DNA of 64,000 bases from Eubacteriales bacterium. GTDB taxonomy: Bacteria; Bacillota; Clostridia; Oscillospirales; CAG-272. The translations under genes were made by a program, and so were the position numbers. The stretch covers positions 1,148 through 65,147 of the forward strand of contig JBGVRO010000027.1 in NCBI GenBank assembly GCA_045128515.1. The letters run 5' to 3'. Within the stretch, counting starts at the first letter, position 1; each line of letters starts with the position of its first letter. Below, piece after piece: positions 60,670 to 64,000 of the stretch. The notes under the pieces were generated by a model. The model did not search any database. It saw only the letters and a program-made list of their open reading frames with translations, and was not told the DNA's origin.

Positions 60670-63309
60670 ATGCTTGAATTACGCAATATTAAAAAGGATT
60701 ACGTAACCTCATCCGAGACGGTCAGCGCTCTGCGTGGTGTAGACATCGTTTTTCGCGATAAGGAATTCGTGTCCATTCTCGGTCCTTCGGGCTGTGGCAA
60801 GACTACTATGCTTAATATCGTGGGCGGTCTTGACAGATACACCTCGGGTGACCTCGTTATCAACGGCAAGAGTACAAAGCTCTACCGCGACCGCGATTGG
60901 GACGTGTATAGAAACCATCGCGTAGGCTTTATTTTCCAGGCCTATAACCTCATTCCTCACCAGACGGTGCTTGGCAACGTAGAGCTTGCTCTTACTATCG
61001 CAGGTATCGATAAAGAGGAGCGAGTAAGAAGGGCAAAGGCTGCTCTTGACAAGGTTGGTCTGTCGGATCAGTATTACAAGAGACCTAATCAGCTTTCGGG
61101 CGGTCAGTGTCAGCGTGTTGCGATTGCAAGAGCGCTTGTAAACGAGCCTGAGATCCTCCTTGCCGACGAGCCCACCGGTGCGCTTGATACGGTAACCAGC
61201 GTACAGATCATGGAGCTTATCCGTGAGATCGCAGGTGAGAGACTTGTAATTATGGTAACTCACAACCCCGAGCTTGCCGAGCAGTATTCTACACGTATCG
61301 TAAGACTCCTTGACGGTAATATCATCGAGGACACCAACCCTGTAAGCGAGGAGGAATACGAGACCCTTAAAACCGTTGAAACCGAGACGGAGGAGGTACA
61401 GCCTAAGGGTAAAAAGCAGAAGGAAAAGGCAAAGATGTCCTTCTTCACCGCTTTCCGTCTTTCGGCGCGTAACCTTATATCCAAGAAGGGCAGAACGGCT
61501 ATGGTCGGCTTCGCCGGCTCTATCGGTATTATCGGTATCGCTCTCGTTCTTGCCTTCTCGGCAGGTATCAAGGGATATATCGCCTCAATGCAGGACGATA
61601 TGCTGTCGGGTAATCCGATTACTATATCTAAAACAGCATTTGATATGGGAGCGATATCCGATATGATGGATACCGGTGATAAAATTGAGATTATTAAAAA
61701 TCCCAATTACGTTTACATCTCCTCGGTAATCGAGCATCTTATCAAGACTCAGGATGATCTTGGTAATATTATGGTCGAAAATGAGATAACCAAGGAATAC
61801 GTTGATTACGTAAAGGCTATGCCCAGCGAATATTACAATACTATGACATTGGGATACGGCATTGATTTCACCAAGACCATATTCACCAACTTCCATGAGT
61901 ACAAGGGTGGTCCAGTGAGACATATGTCCGTAAAGCAGCTTACCGATATTTATAAGTCTGTTATTGCAGACACCGAGTACAGTGATCTTGCCAGAATGAT
62001 TGATAGCCTTGCCCCCGGTTTTAACCAGGCTCCGGATAATCTTGATTACATTCGCAATCAGTATGACGTTGTTTCAGGTGAGATAGCTGATGAGAAAGAT
62101 GAGATCATGCTTGTACTTGATTCTGATGACGAGCTTACCGATCTTCTTCTTGCAAGACTTGGCTACTATAATCAGGATGAGATGATGGAGATATTCCATA
62201 AAGCGTCTAATAAGGACGAAAACGACAAGCCTATCTATAACGAGCAGCTTTACCGTGAAAAGTTCAGCTACGAGGAGCTTCTTAATAAAACTCTTACGTG
62301 GTATCCTACCGACAGCATTTTCTCTACTACAGAGCTTACCATTACCGTTCCCGATAAGGATGGTGGATTTACTACCAGCACCACAACAGCACCTATTTAT
62401 ACAGGTGAAATGGATGTAGCATCCGCAGAAGGCATGACACTTAAGGTGGTTGGTATTCTTACTCCCAAGGATAATATTTCCTATGGTGTAATGGGATCGG
62501 GTATTTATTATACCAAGGCTCTTACAGATTATAGCCTTGAGGTGAACTCGGACTCCGAGTTTATTGATTACCTTATTGGAGATGAGGAAAAGGCTGAGGA
62601 ATATCTTGCATCCTTTACTTATAAATACGATTATATTCCTTACGATGCTTTTGACGGTGACCTTACCGATGCGGAGAGAAAGACTAACGACAAGGGAAGT
62701 GTGTTCTCCTACAGCACCAGAGAGTCTATTGCAAGAAATCTCGGTGGTATTGACCTTGCAAACAACATTAAGATCTACCCCCTTTCCTTCGATGACAAGG
62801 ATCTTGTTACAGGATATCTTGATAAGTGGAACGATGATCACGATAAGGTTACCTATACTGACAGTCTTGAGCTTGTTATCAATATGGTAAACACCATGAT
62901 CGACATCATCTCTTACGCGTTGATCGCATTCACCTCGATCTCGCTTGTGGTTTCTACCGTTATGATCGGAATTATCACCTATGTATCGGTTGTTGAGCGA
63001 ATCAAGGAGATCGGTGTTATCCGTTCGCTTGGTGGACGAAAGCGCGACGTTTCCAACCTCTTTATTGCGGAAACAGCGATTATCGGTATGCTTGCGGGCC
63101 TTATCGGTATCGGCGCAACCTATCTTATATCTGCTATTGTAAACGTTATTCTTAAGCCGCTTATCAATTTCTCAAATATTGCGGCATTGCCGATAGGCAA
63201 CGCTATATTCCTTGTTTGTCTCAGCGTAATTTTGACTCTGATCTCGGGACTTGCTCCTGCTAAGAGCGCTGCAAATAAGGATCCTGTTGTAGCACTCAGA
63301 ACCGAATAA
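60670..63309 (+). CDS. MacB/FtsX-type fused ABC transporter ATPase-permease
   Basis: GPSGCGKT, LSGGQ, LADEPTGALD; C-terminal VERIKEIG.IRSLG and DPV.ALR.E. Confidence 0.93.
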   Translation: MLELRNIKKDYVTSSETVSALRGVDIVFRDKEFVSILGPSGCGKTTMLNIVGGLDRYTSGDLVINGKSTKLYRDRDWDVYRNHRVGFIFQAYNLIPHQTVLGNVELALTIAGIDKEERVRRAKAALDKVGLSDQYYKRPNQLSGGQCQRVAIARALVNEPEILLADEPTGALDTVTSVQIMELIREIAGERLVIMVTHNPELAEQYSTRIVRLLDGNIIEDTNPVSEEEYETLKTVETETEEVQPKGKKQKEKAKMSFFTAFRLSARNLISKKGRTAMVGFAGSIGIIGIALVLAFSAGIKGYIASMQDDMLSGNPITISKTAFDMGAISDMMDTGDKIEIIKNPNYVYISSVIEHLIKTQDDLGNIMVENEITKEYVDYVKAMPSEYYNTMTLGYGIDFTKTIFTNFHEYKGGPVRHMSVKQLTDIYKSVIADTEYSDLARMIDSLAPGFNQAPDNLDYIRNQYDVVSGEIADEKDEIMLVLDSDDELTDLLLARLGYYNQDEMMEIFHKASNKDENDKPIYNEQLYREKFSYEELLNKTLTWYPTDSIFSTTELTITVPDKDGGFTTSTTTAPIYTGEMDVASAEGMTLKVVGILTPKDNISYGVMGSGIYYTKALTDYSLEVNSDSEFIDYLIGDEEKAEEYLASFTYKYDYIPYDAFDGDLTDAERKTNDKGSVFSYSTRESIARNLGGIDLANNIKIYPLSFDDKDLVTGYLDKWNDDHDKVTYTDSLELVINMVNTMIDIISYALIAFTSISLVVSTVMIGIITYVSVVERIKEIGVIRSLGGRKRDVSNLFIAETAIIGMLAGLIGIGATYLISAIVNVILKPLINFSNIAALPIGNAIFLVCLSVILTLISGLAPAKSAANKDPVVALRTE

Positions 63310-63318
63310 ACTATCTTC

Positions 63319-63349
63319 AATGCGGAGAGCTTTGTCTCTCCGCATTTTT
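63319..63349 (+). terminator. Rho-independent terminator
   Basis: AATGCGGAGAG...CTCTCCGCATTTTT. Confidence 0.8.
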
Positions 63350-63494
63350 ATTTTAATTTGTCTCCTCGGTTTAGTGCATACTGCACATAAAAACCAGATT
63401 GTTTTGATGAATGTTTTATTTTATAATACTTGACAATAAATATATGTGTATGCTATAATATAGGGTAAAATGGGCAAGTAGGAGGATTTGAAGA

Positions 63495-64000
63495 ATGAAG
63501 GCTTTATTCCGCAATGCATACGTTTATGAAAATGGCAAGATAAACAAGCGTGATATGTGTTTTGATGGCGACTCTCTCTCCGTTTTTGAGGGTGACGTAT
63601 CTGCTTTCGCCCCTTCTTTCGTTATTGACAATATTTTGATTATTCCCGGTCTTTGTGATGTGCACGTTCACCTCAGAGAGCCGGGTTTTTCTTATAAAGA
63701 GACAATTAAGTCGGGTACACTGGCTTCTGCAAGGGGTGGATATACCGCTGTCTGTGCAATGCCTAATCTTAATCCTACTCCTGATTCAAGAGAAAATCTT
63801 GATCTTCAGCTTGATATTATTAAGCGCGATGCCTTGATCTCTGTAATCCCCTACGGTACTATAACCAAGGGTGAGGCAGGCGAGAGCCTTGCCGATATGG
63901 AGGAGATGGCAAAGGACGTTTGCGGTTTCTCGGATGACGGACGCGGTGTGCAGAGCGAGGATATGATGCGTCAGGCTATGCTGAAGGCAAAGAGCCTTGG
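63495..64000 (+). CDS. pyrC: Dihydroorotase, 3'-truncated by the window edge (not in the ORF track)
   Basis: Own translation from ATG 63495 (RBS GGAGG): [35 protein letters not shown]. Confidence 0.93.
   Translation, partial: MKALFRNAYVYENGKINKRDMCFDGDSLSVFEGDVSAFAPSFVIDNILIIPGLCDVHVHLREPGFSYKETIKSGTLASARGGYTAVCAMPNLNPTPDSRENLDLQLDIIKRDALISVIPYGTITKGEAGESLADMEEMAKDVCGFSDDGRGVQSEDMMRQAMLKAKSL

Noticed and set aside
63640-63840. ORF 63655-63837 from the track
   Set aside because: It lies out of frame inside the truncated pyrC gene.

Overview
Chromosomal core region of a spore-forming Clostridia (Bacillota) bacterium, spanning the replication origin. The organism assignment is inferred from rnfCDGEAB, spoVA, CIRCE/hrcA, rny, rnj and parS. 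In order, the window holds: a glucuronide utilisation block (GH2 GUS-uxuA-uxuB), an rnfCDGEAB operon, spoVAC-AD-AE, dnaA-oriC-dnaN-recF-remB-gyrB-gyrA, rnj, parAB with four parS sites, hrcA-grpE-dnaK-dnaJ, rny-ymdB-mnmG-tcdA, trpS, nrdD, transporters and the start of pyrC. I found no CRISPR array, rRNA, tRNA, transposase or prophage. Five signals stand out. (1) RnfG is about three times normal length, with three FMN-binding modules, and the operon is followed by homologues of the Listeria extracellular electron transfer genes eetA/eetB. (2) An array of five different hairpins joined by a constant GTGATAT linker at ~22-bp pitch lies in front of mnmG. (3) A dispersed structured element with covarying stems and fixed internal loops occurs three times. 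(4) An HTH protein with Pro/Ala/Lys repeats and a MinD-like amphipathic tail follows gyrA and is a candidate chromosome-membrane tether. (5) The origin region is rearranged, with a second DnaA-box cluster between parA and parB. All family calls come from motif recognition by eye; no searches were run.
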